64,000 nucleotides of DNA from Macrostomum lignano (GCA_002269645.1 NIVC01000553.1:27373-91372), one strand, 5' to 3'; positions 12,531-26,500 are shown, counted from the stretch's first letter. Translations and numbers: made by a program. Notes: generated by a model not told the origin, from the letters alone.

Positions 12531-13264
12531 GGCTAGTTGCTATGGACCGTCTATAAATAGTTGAAGTGCAAAAATTTCTTTAATGTATAATTAAAAACCA
12601 CTTTGTTGCGATTTCTGGGACTCAGCAAGAAAATCCACATTAGCTAAGCTGCTAGTCTAGCACAAAGTCAGTTAGGACTCGGGCTAAAAAACACAGACGA
12701 GACGGCCGACAATAAATATGCAGAATTTATCATTAAAATACCCTTTTAAACTATGCCATTCACAATTAAGGTGTCACAAAAAATTGAAACCAAATTAACT
12801 AGACAATGTCCAATCAAAGAAAATACACTTTAAGAATGAGCATTCGAAATAAGACTAGATCTCTTTAAAAAGAGAAATCCAAAAAAGAAAACAACGCTTT
12901 ATCCATTGGCAAGCGAAACAGCCCGTCACAAATACAAAAAACCTGTTTTGTTTTTAAAAAAACCATATTTGGTCGACTATTTGAAACACTTGCTACATAC
13001 TCTACTTATACCAACTCTTTGAGTAGGCAGGGGGACATTTTTCGTCCAATTTGTAGAGAGGGGCACAAGCACAGACAAAACATGTTATATTTAAAAAAGT
13101 TTACAAAATTTTCTTATTATACAAAAGCAAAAACATTGTTTCAATAATACGAACTAATTGTCTAATTTAGACCAGAGCATGAATGCTTCAGTGACTGGCT
13201 GGCTCACTCGATGGATTTGAAACTTTGAAAATAATCATTTCTAATGAGTCAAATCGGAATGCTT

Positions 13265-13790
13265 AAGAAGTTTCAGGGAATTTCTAAGAGGTTGTAGGGG
13301 AATTCCGAAGGAGTTGCAGGGGAATTCAAAAGGAGTTGTAAGAGATTTCTAAGAAGTTTCTAAGAAGAAGAAATATTCCTAAGAAGTTATAAGGGAATTA
13401 TAAAAAAGAGTTGTAGAGGAATTCCTAAAGATTTGTAGGGAATTCCTAAGTAGTTGTAGAGAAATTCCTAAGGAATAGTAGGGGAATTCCCAAAGATTTG
13501 TAGGGGAATTCCTAAAGATTTGTAGGGGAATTCCTAAAGATTAGTAGGGAATTCCTAAATATTAGTAGGGGAATTCCTATGAAGTTGTAGGAGAATTCCT
13601 AAGGAGTTGTAGGGAATTCCTAATGAGTTTTAGGGAAATTCCGAAGGAGTTGTAGGGGAATTCCTAAGAAGGCGTAGGAGAATTTCAAAAGAGTTGTAGG
13701 GGAATTTCTAAGGAGTTGTAGGGGAATTCCTAAGAAGGTGTAGGAGAATTTAAAAAGAGTTGTAGAGGAATTTCCATTGAGTTATGGAAG
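13265..13790. repeat. Degenerate about 22-bp minisatellite
   Basis: Unit GGAGTTGTAGGGGAATTCCTAA. Confidence 0.85.
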
Positions 13791-13925
13791 AGTAAATGTA
13801 AATATTTAAAATACATTTCAACTCATTCACGCTCTTTGTCAGGCTCCAGATTTATATACAAATTTTAACTCTCTAAGTCTAACAAAAACTAAAAACACAA
13901 AGTGAGAGACAGAGCCCACAGAGCA

Positions 13926-16900
13926 TCACGTGACCCGAGGCCCAGTGTACTCAACTGACGCGCAAACAAAATCCCTGGGCTGAGGTATTTCGGCCAGGTA
14001 AACCAGGTGACCCCGGCTTTCGTTACTTGCGGTGCCTCCGCCAGCAGCCGCGGCCGCCGCTGCAGTAGCCGCCGTTGCCGCGGTTGCGTCTTCGACCTCC
14101 AGCGTGACTTCGCGGTAATATCGACAGACCCGACGGCCCAGGTCGTGATCGTACGGGGGCGCAAGGATCTCCAGAAATGCGGCCCCGTCGGAGAGAGCCT
14201 GAATTTTGATGGCGGAGCGATTTCCTTTGGTTGGAGACAAGCTAAACTGCTTTGATCTGAGCTGGCACTGCCCTAAACTGCTTTGATCTGAGCTGGCACT
14301 GCCCTAAACTGCTTTGATCTGAGCTGGCACTGCACTAAACTGCTTTGATCTGAGCTGGCACTGCACTAAACTGCTTTGATCTGAGCTGGCACTGCACTAA
14401 ACTGCTTTGATCTGAGCTGGCACTGCCCTAAACTGCTTTGATCTGAGCTGGCACTGCACTAAACTGCTTTGATCTGAGCTGGCACTGCAGCTAAACTGCT
14501 TTGATCTGAGCTGGCACTGCACTAAACTGCTTTGATCTGAGCTGGCACTGCAGCTAAACTGCTTTGATCTGAGCTGGCACTGCAGCTAAACTGCTTTGAT
14601 CTGAGCTGGCACTGCACTAAACTGCTTTGATCTGAGCTGGCACTGCACTAAACTGCTTTGATCTGAGCTGGCACTACATTAAACTGATTTGATCTGAGCT
14701 GGCACTGCCCTAAACTGCTTTGATCTGAGCTGGCACTGCCCTAAACTGCTTTGATCTGAGCTGGCACTGCCCTAAACTGCTTTGATCTGAGCTGGCACTG
14801 CAGCTAAACTGCTTTGATCTGAGCTGGCACTGCACTAAACTGCTTTGATCTGAGCTGGCACTGCAGCTAAACTGCTTTGATCTGAGCTGGCACTGCACTA
14901 AACTGCTTTGATCTGAGCTGGCACTGCACTAAACTGCTTTGATCTGAGCTGGCACTGCACTAAACTGCTTTGATCTGAGCTGGCACTGCACTAAACTGCT
15001 TTGATCTGAGCTGGCACTGCACTAAACTGCTTTGATCTGAGCTGGCACTACATTAAACTGATTTGATCTGAGCTGGCACTGCCCTAAACTGCTTTGATCT
15101 GAGCTGGCACTGCAGCTAAACTGCTTTGATCTGAGCTGGCACTGCACTAAAATGCTTTGATCTGAGCTGGCACTGCAGCTAAACTGCTTTGATCTGAGCT
15201 GGCACTGTACTAAAATGCTTTGATCTGAGCTGGCACTGTACTAAAATGCTTTGATCTGAGCTGGCACTGCAGCTAAACTGCTTTGATCTGAGCTGGCACT
15301 GCACTAAAATGCTTTGATCTGAGCTGGCACTGCACTAAACTGCTTTGATCTGAGCTGGCACTGTACTAAAATGCTTTGATCTGAGCTGGCACTGTACTAA
15401 AATGCTTTGATCTGAGCTGGCACTGCCCTAAACTGCTTTGATCTGAGCTGGCACTGCACTAAACTGCTTTGATCTGAGCTGGCACTGCAGCTAAACTGCT
15501 TTGATCTGAGCTGGCACTGCACTAAACTGCTTTGATCTGAGCTGGCACTGCAGCTAAACTGCTTTGATCTGAGCTGGCACTGCACTAAACTGCTTTGATC
15601 TGAGCTGGCACTGCACTAAACTGCTTTGATCTGAGCTGGCACTGCACTAAACTGCATGGTTGAACAGATATATCTCACCTGCAATTCGTGGAAGTTAGCC
15701 TCAGTAGGCGTGTGCACAATTGTCTGCTGTTGGCGCTGCGCAGACGCTACAGACAGCACCAAGTCCATAGCCAGCTTGGCCGGGGTCAGGTCTGCCAATA
15801 GGGCGTCCCGTTGCCAACCGCGCAAAGGTGTAGGCGGCAAGGTGTTTGGTCTCTGGCCAGCTGGCAGAGTTGTGTAAGCTCTACATCGAAGACTCCCGTG
15901 CAGCAGTTTGCACAGGCCAAACATGCCTGGGTGGTCGTGAAGCGGTATCCTCGCTCCGGGCCGCAGCACGTAGATGCCCATGGATAGTACACCGTTGTCC
16001 ACTATGTGTAGGTAGACTACTGGGGCGTGAACACGCGATGCGTCCGTGACTAAGCCAGCGTCTAAGTCCACATCCTTGGCTGTGAGACTGTGTAATTGCA
16101 GTAGCAACTGCGTCAAGCCTTCTTGACTCACCTGGAGACGGGATGAAGGATCGGGGATACGATGCATTACCTAGTTAATTAATTAGGGTCATAGGGAGAT
16201 GGGATCGATATATGTGGGATCTGGGATACATTATTATGGAAATGGGATCAATAGGGTGTGAGATCTCCATGGCATACATTATTATGGAGATGGGATCAAT
16301 AGGTGTGAGATCTCCATGGGATTCATTATTATGGAGATGGGATCAATAGGTGTGAGATCTCCATGGGATTCATTATTATGGAGATGGGATCAATAGGTGT
16401 GAGATCTGGGATGTATTATTATGGAGATGGGATCAATAGTTGTGAGATCTGGGATGTATTATTATGGAGATAGGATCAATAGGTGTGAGATCTGGGATGT
16501 ATTATTATGGAGATGGGATCAATAGGTGTGAGATCTGGGATGTATTATTATGGAGATGGGATCAATAGATGTGAGATCTGGGATGTATTATTATGGAGAT
16601 GGGATCAATAGATGTGAGATCTGGGATGTATTATTATGGAGATGGGATCAATAGATGTGAGATCTGGGATGTATTATTATGGAGATGGGATCAATAGATG
16701 TGAGATCTGGGATGTATTATTATGGAGATGGGATCAATAGATGTGAGATCTGGGATGTATTATTATGGAGATGGGATCAATAGATGTGAGATCTGGGATG
16801 TATTATTATGGAGATGGGATCAATAGATGTGAGATCTGGGATGTATTATTATGGAGATGGGATCAATAGATGTGAGATCTGGGATGTATTATTATGGAGA

Positions 16901-18275
16901 TGGGATCAATAGATGTGAGATCTACATGGGATGTATTATTATGGAAATGGGCTCAATAGATGTGAGATCTACATGGGATGTATTATTATGGAAATGGGCT
17001 CAATAGATGTGAGATCTACATGGGATGTATTATTATGGAGATGGGATCAATAGATGTGGGATCTACATGGGATGTATTATTATGGAGATGGGATCAATAG
17101 ATGTGGGATCTGCATGGGATGTATTATTATGGAGATGGGATCAATAGATGTGGGATCTACATGGGATGTATTATTATGGAAATGGGCTCAATAGATGTGA
17201 GATCTACATGGGATGTATTATTATGGAAATGGGCTCAATAGATGTGAGATCTACATGGGATGTATTATTATGGAGATGGGATCAATAGATGTGGGATCTA
17301 CATGGGATGTATTATTATGGAGATGGGATCAATAGATGTGGGATCTGCATGGGATGTATTATTATGGAGATGGGATCAATAGATGTGAGATCTGGGATGT
17401 ATTATTATGGAGATGGGATCAATAGATGTGAGATCTGGGATGTATTATTATGGAGATGGGATCAATAGATGTGAGATCTGGGATGTATTATTATGGAGAT
17501 GGGATCAATAGATGTGAGATCTACATGGGATGTATTATTATGGAAATGGGCTCAATAGATGTGAGATCTACATGGGATGTATTATTATGGAGATGGGATC
17601 AATAGATGTGGGATCTACATGGGATGTATTATTATGGAAATGGGCTCAATAGATGTGGGATCTGCATGGGATGTATTATTATGGAAATGGGCTCAATAGA
17701 TGTGAGATCTACATGGGATGTATTATTATGGAAATGGGCTCAATAGATGTGGGATCTACATGGGATGTATTATTATGGAAATGGGCTCAATAGATGTGGG
17801 ATCTACATGGGATGTATTATTATGGAAATGGGCTCAATAGATGTGGGATCTACATGGGATGTATTATTATGGAGATGGGATCAATAGATGTGGGATCTGG
17901 GATGCATTATTTTGAAGATGGGATCAACAAAAGTGGGAACTGGGATGAATTATTGAGATAGGCTGCAAACAGGATTGGAAATCCTGGATTTGAGAAAGAT
18001 TATGAGGATAAGATGAAATAGCTTGGGATCTAAGATTGGTTAAATAATTGTGGAATATTTAGGATCGTTTGGAAGTGAATGTCAATAATAAGAAAGACTA
18101 TTTATGACCTGTCACAAGAGATCCATAATTCATACAATGAACAAGTTGATTAGCAGAAACTCACATGAATGTCAGTGCAAGTTGGCTGCTGCATAGGCGG
18201 TAGACTCTCTGTGGCGGTGGGGCCGCCAAACAGCTGGTAGGCTCTATTAGCAACCCCAGCTATGCGGGAAGTCAT
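13926..18275 (-). CDS. ADO: 2-aminoethanethiol (cysteamine) dioxygenase; exons 18275-18165, 16131-15679, 14198-13926
   Basis: All junctions are phase 0. Cupin motif IPLHDHPGMFGLCKLLHG, then NFHELQ|ALSDGAAFLEILAPPYDHDLGRRVCRYY and C-terminal YTGPRV, matching the ADO/PCO family. N-terminus MTSRIAGVANRAYQLF resembles the ADO start. Confidence 0.92.
14244..15655. repeat. 31/32-bp minisatellite filling ADO intron 2
   Basis: Unit TAAACTGCTTTGATCTGAGCTGGCACTGCMC. Confidence 0.95.
16195..17950. repeat. 43/47-bp minisatellite filling ADO intron 1
   Basis: Unit GATGTGAGATCTGGGATGTATTATTATGGAGATGGGATCAATA, with a +4 (ACAT) variant. Confidence 0.95.
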
Positions 18276-19378
18276 GCTTGGAGTGGAAAATGTAATCAAG
18301 TAAAATCTGTGAATATAAAAAATATATAATAGCTACAAGCTTGATCTGAAAAGCTGACAATGATGGCTTAGGACGCCTTAGACGTCCAACACCAATACTT
18401 TTGTTAATAAATTTCCAGTCTGAAATAAATAATTAATAAATATTAAATTATCATAAAGGAATTCACTTTGTTATAAAATATTTTATGGATCTTTCATTTT
18501 TTATATAAACTCAAAGTTTTTTTTTAAATTTGCCAACTTAAATATTTTGGTATTTTAAAGTAAAAGAGAATACAAAACTAAGATCTTTTTAAACTGACCA
18601 AAGGAATAATAAAATATTATAGTTTGTACTTCGTCTTGCTTAAAAATCTAATATTTTCTGATGTCAACATCATTCCTTTCTTTTTTTTGATCAGAAATTA
18701 AAAGCAGTCATAAGAATAAAATGCATGAATACATAATAAGTGAATAGTAATTTTTTTCAAACATTTATCTAATACTTTTAATAAATATTTGGAAGAAAAA
18801 ATAGCTATATATTATATATTATTAAAAATCATTGCTTGCATCACATTATTTTATTTTTTGATATTGTTTTTATTCTGAAATTAAAAAAACAAAATATCAT
18901 ACTGCTTTATCCAAAATGAATAGTTATTTATAATTGCAGCCAATGAGATTACTGTAAAGCTTTTTTATGACTAAAATGCCTGCCCAGAAGCAGGATTACT
19001 AGTAGGCTGGCTATTTACTAAATCATTTAAAACAGGTACAGTTGCATAAAACTGAAGACAGCAACTTAATTTAGTTTAAATAACTATACATTGTAGGCCC
19101 AACTAATGCATTCAATAGGTAGGAAGTGGCCTCCACATTTGTCGATTTCGATTGCACTGTTTGTCATAGTTGTTGTTTCTTCCAGTTTTACTACAATACA
19201 CTCATCATATATTTTGTTAGTTATTAGCCTATTGATGAGTGCAATTTTTTTAAACTAAAATAATAAGTTACCTCAATTTTAAGATAAATGATTCATCATT
19301 CATAAATGATGGTTGGTTCGTATATATGTAGTGCATAGTAGTAGTAGTAGTAAGAATTTGGTTCAGGCAACCAGATGC

Positions 19379-20243
19379 CAGTGTTGGGCACTTCCGTTAC
19401 CGAGTAACTTGCAAATGGTAACGCAAGTTACTTTTTCGTAAAGCGTTCCTTACGCAAGTTACTTTTTTATTTTAGTAACGGAGTAACGGTAAGTTACTCA
19501 AATTTCAGAAGTCCGTTACAGTTACTTTGCAACAATCGCAATATTTAAATTTAAAACTGAAATGCTTAGCTATTACGCCGGTTGTCACATTTTTTAGCAT
19601 TTTTCATTCCTAATTCAAAATTAAGTGAATAGTATCATTTGGTATTGCGCTTTAATTAATGAAGAAATACTTAAAACATGTTTTGCTTAGTTATAATTTC
19701 AGTAAAATATTTTCGCCTTTCATTTTATTTTTCAATTTTTATTTCTCATTTTCAATTTACTAAAAATTTTCAAGTTTGATTCAAACAAACAACCAAAGAA
19801 AGAAATTCGTCTGTAGCCTCCACAAGTCCCTCCACTGGCACTGCAGTACACTACACCATTTTATACAGTTATTTATTTTACTCTATTGAATTATTGATAT
19901 TCATTTATTTTATCATTTATAATTTTAATTATTGATTGCCATTGCCCATCGGTCCTTCTACTTGCCTCACATCGTGTCGCCAATTGCTGTCTCTGTCTGT
20001 TAATCGGTTAATCCCAATGCCCAATGGCAAATTTCGGTAACAACAATGTAAAAAAATGCAATGTGAAAAAAGCAGAAAATTTTGTTAATAACATGGGTAA
20101 CGGAAGTGAGTAACGGACAGTAACTTAAAAGTTACCGGGTTTTTGTCTAAAGTTACTAGGCTAACGTAAGTTACTTTTTAAAAATTGGTAACTTAAGTTA
20201 CAGTAACGCAAGTTACTTTTTTTGAGTAACTTGCCCAACACTG
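19379..20243. mobile_element. Non-autonomous hAT-type DNA transposon (MITE)
   Basis: TIR CAGTGTTGGGCA / TGCCCAACACTG, exact 8-bp TSD CCAGATGC (19371-19378 and 20244-20251), subterminal GTAAC/GTTAC repeats, no ORF. Confidence 0.9.
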
Positions 20244-21169
20244 CCAGATGCCTGGTTACATCGGAATCTTAATACAAAAGTTAAATACTTGATTATTTTA
20301 TTATTGAAACCTACTTCTCGTCAAGCTGTCTCACGAACGCGTAATAAAAACTCTCAGAAAACTTTTACTGCTGCATTAATGAGTGAACAAAGTCAAATTA
20401 TGTTGTTTTTTGTTATGTTGCATTGCATGAAATAATCAGAAGCCGTGTTCCTGACTGTTTAACAGAGCAAGCCATTCAATTTTCCGAAGTTCGCCACTTT
20501 AGTTGCATCACGCATTCTTTAAACAATTGAAATATATTCCAGAAAATGAGACCCATACAAGAGAAATTGTGAGCTTTATAGTTTACATCTCAACCCTTCT
20601 CATTTTAAGTTTTTTCCTATTTTCTGTTTTCCTTAATTTCGTTCTTCGTTCTTTTGTTCTTTCGTTTTGTACAATGTATGATATTCAATTTCGGATCGCA
20701 ATTTGCGTGTACAGTACATATACTGTATGCCAGTGAGATAAATTCTCGACTGAAGAGGTATTCCGTGCAGTTTCTATTGAATAAATCCTTAAACCTTGTC
20801 ATCGTATAATTTGTTAGCAATTTAATTAAACAATGTATACATATGCACATGCAGTACATGTAAGGTCATAGTAGCATCGTTTTCTGTATCTAACTGAGCC
20901 TTTTAGCACACATGCTTTTTACAGCCTTGTATACAGCTGCTAATGTAATAAAATCAGATAGATTTTTCGATTAAATAAATTAATCAACCGCGGCCGGGCC
21001 GGTACCACTTAAAGTAGTCCTTGCTTAACATTTCTAGTGGTCAGTTTAACAAAAGGAAAATTATAGTGCTTAATTAGGTTAAGAAAACGTTTGATAGAGA
21101 ATTTATTAGATTAATTTCTTATTTACGAGTAGTCGTCGAAACTATAGGGCACCGGAAAACAAGCAGCAT

Positions 21170-24105
21170 CCCAGTGAAAAAAATGATATGGATTCCATGT
21201 GGATTTTTCATATGAAATCCATATGTGCATTTGTCTCCGTCCATCCATGTGGAATCAAGATATGGATTCCACATGGAAGATCCATATGGAAGTAATTATG
21301 TATTTCACATAGAATCCACATTGTCATTGAATAAGCAGCCATTATACTGGTTGCCATAATAAATTGTTGCATCCTAAATCTCAAAATAATACCAGATCTC
21401 AAAATTTCATACGAACCCCAGATCTCAATACCATATAAAAGAAACTGAAACACAGATAAAACACTAGCTATAGCCAAAAATATTTCTGCACAAAAATTCA
21501 AAATTCAAAATTCAATATTCAAAAACGATGTAAGGTGTATTTATGTACAGTAGTGAGTCACTGGCACACAAAGAATAAACACACTGATGTAAATATTGAT
21601 ATCTTTAGAGTTGCACTGCGCATATGATATAATATATAATTTGAAATTGACATTGTCAATAGCATTAATTAACAATAATATAATGCATCAGAATTAGAAC
21701 AGTCAGAAACATGCTGCTGCCAATTGCCAGAATGCTGCTTCTTCAGGTCAGGTGAGCAACCTTAGAAAAGAAAGGGGTTAAATTACAGAATTTTATAACA
21801 GATTGATGACAGATTTTGTAATAGATTTTGATAGATTTTGATGACAGAAAAAAATAAGTTTATAACTAAAACTTACCATTGCTTCACAAAAGGTAGCATT
21901 TGAGATATTAAATTCAAATTCCAAGTAGCTTTGCAAGCTTCTTCAAATGCAAGACCAAGGTGACATCCAAGTTTGAGGATGGGTCATGTAATGTTAGGCT
22001 GAAATGAAATAGAAAAATAATTGTTGCCAATTAAGATTGATAAATAATATTTATATAATTCATAAAACTAATTTAATGATGAATACTTATAAAATAAAAT
22101 AAAGTTTATTTTAAAATTAACTAGGCCTAAGTCCTAGGTTTATTTTTTAAGCGCAAAGTGTGCATATGCACCCTAAATTTAAAAATTGCACCTTGAAAAT
22201 TGAAATTAAAAAGTTGATGATACAGTTTAGGTGTGATCTCATTACCTATTTTTCTGTTGAAGCCTTTTTTGCACTGCCTTTATATAAGAAAAAAGAGAAA
22301 CTGCATTTTAAGCCTTAAAATCATAAAACCCTAAAAGTGAGCATAGGGTATGATTTTGCACCTTGTCTCTAGCAAAAAAGAAAACCCTACCCAAGTCAAT
22401 CAATAAAATTAAATTAATAAAATTAAAATAATAAGTACAAAAAATTAATATATGTTTCTATAAATTTAATTTTTTATTTTAAAATTGATTTTAGACTAGG
22501 CCCTATAAAGTATTTAGGCAAAGCAATGCATGTTTTTTTTATATTTGCAGGCCTATTATGATTAAAAGGGGGGCTGTAGCCAAGCGGTAGCACAGCTGCT
22601 CTGGTGTGCCAGCGACCTAGGCTCGATTCTAAGTGCAGTCACATTAATTTGGGGCTGAATTGGAATCTTGGCTTGGCTCTCTGCTTGTGCAATTAATGGC
22701 CTTGAGAGCCAACCCCCAAGGCACAGTGAAGTATACATGCCTAACAATAAATAAAGTTAGGGCCACTGTACACTCCTATGTAAATGTGCCTGCATACGTA
22801 TCCGCACGCTTGTGTGCCTGCTCAAGGGAGTTAATGGAATGGGCAGCAATGCCTCTCGCCAGTTGTATGCCTATGTCGCTTAACGTGTGCCAGGGTGCAC
22901 ACAACCCCCTGCCTCTAATAAAAAAAAAATAGTATGATTAAACATTAGGCCTAATCTTAAAAGCTATGCCCTATAGCTATTAAATTCTAGACTTGGCCTA
23001 AATCAGATCAAATTTACAATAATCATTATTTATTTATAATAGCAACCTTAGGGATCTGCTAGGCTAGCTATGCCAAAAACAGGTTGCAAGTGTAATTGCA
23101 AAGAATTATTTATAATGATTAATAATATTGTTTTTAAAAATGCAACAAGTCTAAAAGACGCTAACAGGCTTTTTTGAAGAAAATCATAAATGAATAGATT
23201 TTTAACAGATTAACTAGATTGACTAGTCACAATTCACAAAGTCAAGCTAGGCCTAGTCTTAACCTTAATTAAAATAGAAGGACCTAAATTGATAGTTATA
23301 GGCCTAGGCCTAGCTTAAAATAGGCCTAATAAGCATACATAAATAGATAAGACTAATAGGTAGGACTAAGAGGAAATTATGAACTTCTAAAGGACTATTT
23401 AAGTTTAAAAAATGAGTAGCCAATCTATGGACATGGCCATGGGATTCCTAGAAATTGGATAAGCCTAAATAAATTTATCATGGATGGATTTTACCAAAAG
23501 TATTAGGCCTATCTATGATGAAATACTGATTTATCTAATTTCTAATCCCATGGAGGCCATGGCCTTATAAGTTATTGCCTATAGGCTACGTCTACTAAAA
23601 TTTTTAAGGTGCTTAAATAGCCATAAACAAGGCAATTTATCTTTCAAGGCCTTGAACCAAGACATTGACGAATATAAAATAAAATAAATTTAATTTTAAA
23701 AAGCACGAAACGTTTTTTATTGTTCACTTCTATTTTGTCTATTTTAACAAACAGTATCTTATTTTCTGATTATAATTTAGCTTTAAGATATTAATTTTTA
23801 CTTAAAAGCATATAAATATAATAATTAATTATATTAATTTCATAAAAACGTCTTAATGTGGTGTATCACAGTTTTTTTATCGAAGTGGATTCCATGTTGA
23901 ATCAATATACGCTTATTTCTCATGAATTCCTTGTAAAATCCACATCAACATTAGGACAGTAAAAATTAAAAAATAGTGCATAAAAAATACTTTGCATACC
24001 ATTATGTCATCTTTAAGTCATTAATTTGCAAAAATTAAAGAAACATTTAAATTCCACATGGCCACGTGGAACCCACGTGGAATCCATGAATCATTTTTCA
24101 CTGGG
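21170..24105. mobile_element. 2.9-kb non-autonomous TIR DNA transposon, possibly CMC/EnSpm-like
   Basis: TIR CCCAGTGAAAAA..ATGA..GGATTCCA / TGGAATCCATGAATCATTTTTCACTGGG, 2-bp AT duplication, subterminal GGATTCCA/ATCCAT repeats. Superfamily assignment is inferred. Confidence 0.75.
22568..22930 (+). mobile_element. tRNA-derived SINE family B, full-length copy nested in the 21170-24105 transposon
   Basis: A-box TAGCCAAGCGG, B-box-like GGCTCGATTCT, poly-A tail, 10-bp TSD TATGATTAAA (22557-22566 and 22933-22942). Confidence 0.88.
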
Positions 24106-24499
24106 ATGCAGGGTACCGAAATGCTGGGTACCGAAAAGTTTCAGGGATGCCGAAAAGACACGGAAAACTGTATTATACAGCTAGTGTACCCTTACTAGTA
24201 TAGCTATTAACTATACTATAGTACATATGTACTTGTGAATTTTTAAACTGGTGCTGCTATGCATAATTATTGTGAAAAACTGGGAAGACCGGCAATTCAC
24301 AACACCCACGAGCCAACCCCAAATGCACAGAGAGTGTACAATACGATGCCTGACGATTAGAAAATTAAGTTAAGGGGCCAGTACACCTCGTGTGAGAGTG
24401 TATATATGAGTGCGTGCAGTCAGCGTACAGTAATGGCGCTTGAATGTGCTCTGGAGTCAGCTGAATGGGCAGAATTACGAGTATCCACATATCCATCCG

Positions 24500-25265
24500 C
24501 AGGGGCGCCGCCAGGGGGGGGGACATGTCCCCCTAGTAAAGGCTATGGGGGGACATGCCAATGCTAATGTGGGACTTCGCCTGCGTCGGATCTGGATCTG
24601 CAGATCTGGATCTGTGCCTGTGGCGCAAAAATGAGTGCCTGCGGTGCCAAAATGAGTGCCTGCGGCGCCAAAATGAGTGCCTGCGGCGCCAAAATGAGTG
24701 CCTGTGGCGCCAAAATGAGTGGCTGCGGCGCTAAAATAAGTGTCTGCGGCGCTAAAATAAGTGTCTGCGGCGCTGAAATAAGTGTCTGCGGCGCTAAAAT
24801 AAGTGTCTGCGGCGCTAAAATAAGTGTCTGCGGCGCTAAAATGAGTGCCTGAGGCACCAAAATGAGTGCCTATGGCGCTAAAATGAGTGTCTGCGGCGCT
24901 AAAATGAGTGCCTGCGGCGCTAAAATGAGTGCCTGCGGCGCCAAAATGAGTGCCTGCGGCGCCAAAATGAGTGCCTGCGGCGCCAAAATGAGTGCCTACG
25001 GCGCAAAAATGAGTGCCTGCGGCGCCAAAATCAGTGCCTGCGGCGCCAAAATGAGTGCCTGCGGCGCCAAAATGAGTGCCTGCGGCGCCAAAATGAGTGC
25101 CTGTGGCGCCAAAATGAGTGCCTGTGGCTAGAAAATAAGTTCTTGTGGCGCCAATGAGCGCTGACTCATTTACAGAGTCTGAAAATAATGTACATGTACA
25201 TGTTTAGTACATGTTGAATTCTTGGCTTCGTCCTCCCTACCATAAAATCCATGGCGACGCCCCTG
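24500..25265. mobile_element. MITE-like element enclosing a 21-bp minisatellite (GGCGCCAAAATGAGTGCCTGC, about 24615-25155)
   Basis: TIR CAGGGGCGCCGCCAGGG / CCATGGCGACGCCCCTG (2 mismatches). No TSD found. Confidence 0.7.
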
Positions 25266-26114
25266 CGTTTTCAGATATCCTCTGCTGCAGCCCAGCTCCA
25301 CTGTGAATGTACATGTTCATTATTCTTCTTACCATACAGACACTATACGGTATATGCTGTAATAATAATTGAACTGTCGTGAGTTAGAGCTGTATGTTCC
25401 GATGACATGTAATTACTTCTCAATTGCGGTTAAACTTATCGGGATTCGAATAAGTATAGAAAACCGCCTTTAAATCGCGTCGCTTTTTCACATAGTATAG
25501 GATATCATATTTCAAGATGACGAAAATTTGGGCTAAATTTAGTTTACAGAAATTGACAGGGCAAGAAGGGTCGCCCCTCTCGATAGATGGATGATTAATG
25601 GATGCACAGGCACAGGCGGTTCAGATCGTGCGAAATAATTCTTACAGGCTGGACACAAATTACCAATTAAGACAACAAGAAGATTCATTTAATTTCTTTC
25701 TGATTCGTTTAATTTCGCTTGATTTTAAGGACAAAAAATGTCGAAGCTAAGCTTCCGGGAAGCCATCCGGGTGGTTTCATTTTTAATTTCACTTTTATAC
25801 TTGAGCTTCCAAGACACAGCTCAGCTAACGAACCCCGAGGGTAAAGTCAGTGCGTTTCAGCAAGAGCAGCAGAAAAAAGTTGCTTATAAACTTTTTTTGA
25901 GGCTTAAATTCTAAAAATTGCTTGAGTCGGTCTTTGAGAGCGGCTTCGGCTCCAACGCTGTCTTTGGGTTAATTTTAATAATTGTAGGAGGCTGCGACAT
26001 CCTCCAACAACCAGAGCTGACGGGAAATTCTGCCCATTCCGCTGACTCCAGCGCAGACAAGCGTGTCAATACGGGTCGAAAAGTCACATCGTCGAAAACT
26101 GATCGATTTAGCAG

Positions 26115-26500
26115 CCACCATCACAAGCTCCAAAAGTCACAAGCTCGAAAAGTCACAAGCTCGAAAAGTCACAAGCTCGAAAAGTCACATCGTCGAAAAC
26201 TGATTTAGCAGCCACCATCACAAGCTTGAAAAGTCACAAGCTCGAAAAGTCACAAGCTTGAAAAGTCACAAGCTCGAAAAGTCAAGCTCGAAAAGTCACA
26301 AGCTCGAAAAGTCACAAGCTCGAAAAGTCACAAGCTCGAAAAGTCACAAGCTCGAAAAGTCACAAGCTCGAAAAGTCACAAGCTCGAAAAGTCACAAGCT
26401 CGAAAAGTCACAAGCTCGAAAAGTCACAAGCTCGAAAAGGCACAAGCTCTAACCCTAACCCTAACCCTAACCCTAACCCTTTTAGAGCTTGTGATGGTGG
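26115..26500. mobile_element. Small inverted-repeat element with a 16-bp array (AAAGTCACAAGCTCGA) and (CCCTAA)5
   Basis: 22-bp inverted repeats CCACCATCACAAGCTCCAAAAG / CTTTTAGAGCTTGTGATGGTGG; telomeric hexamers at 26449-26480. Confidence 0.65.
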
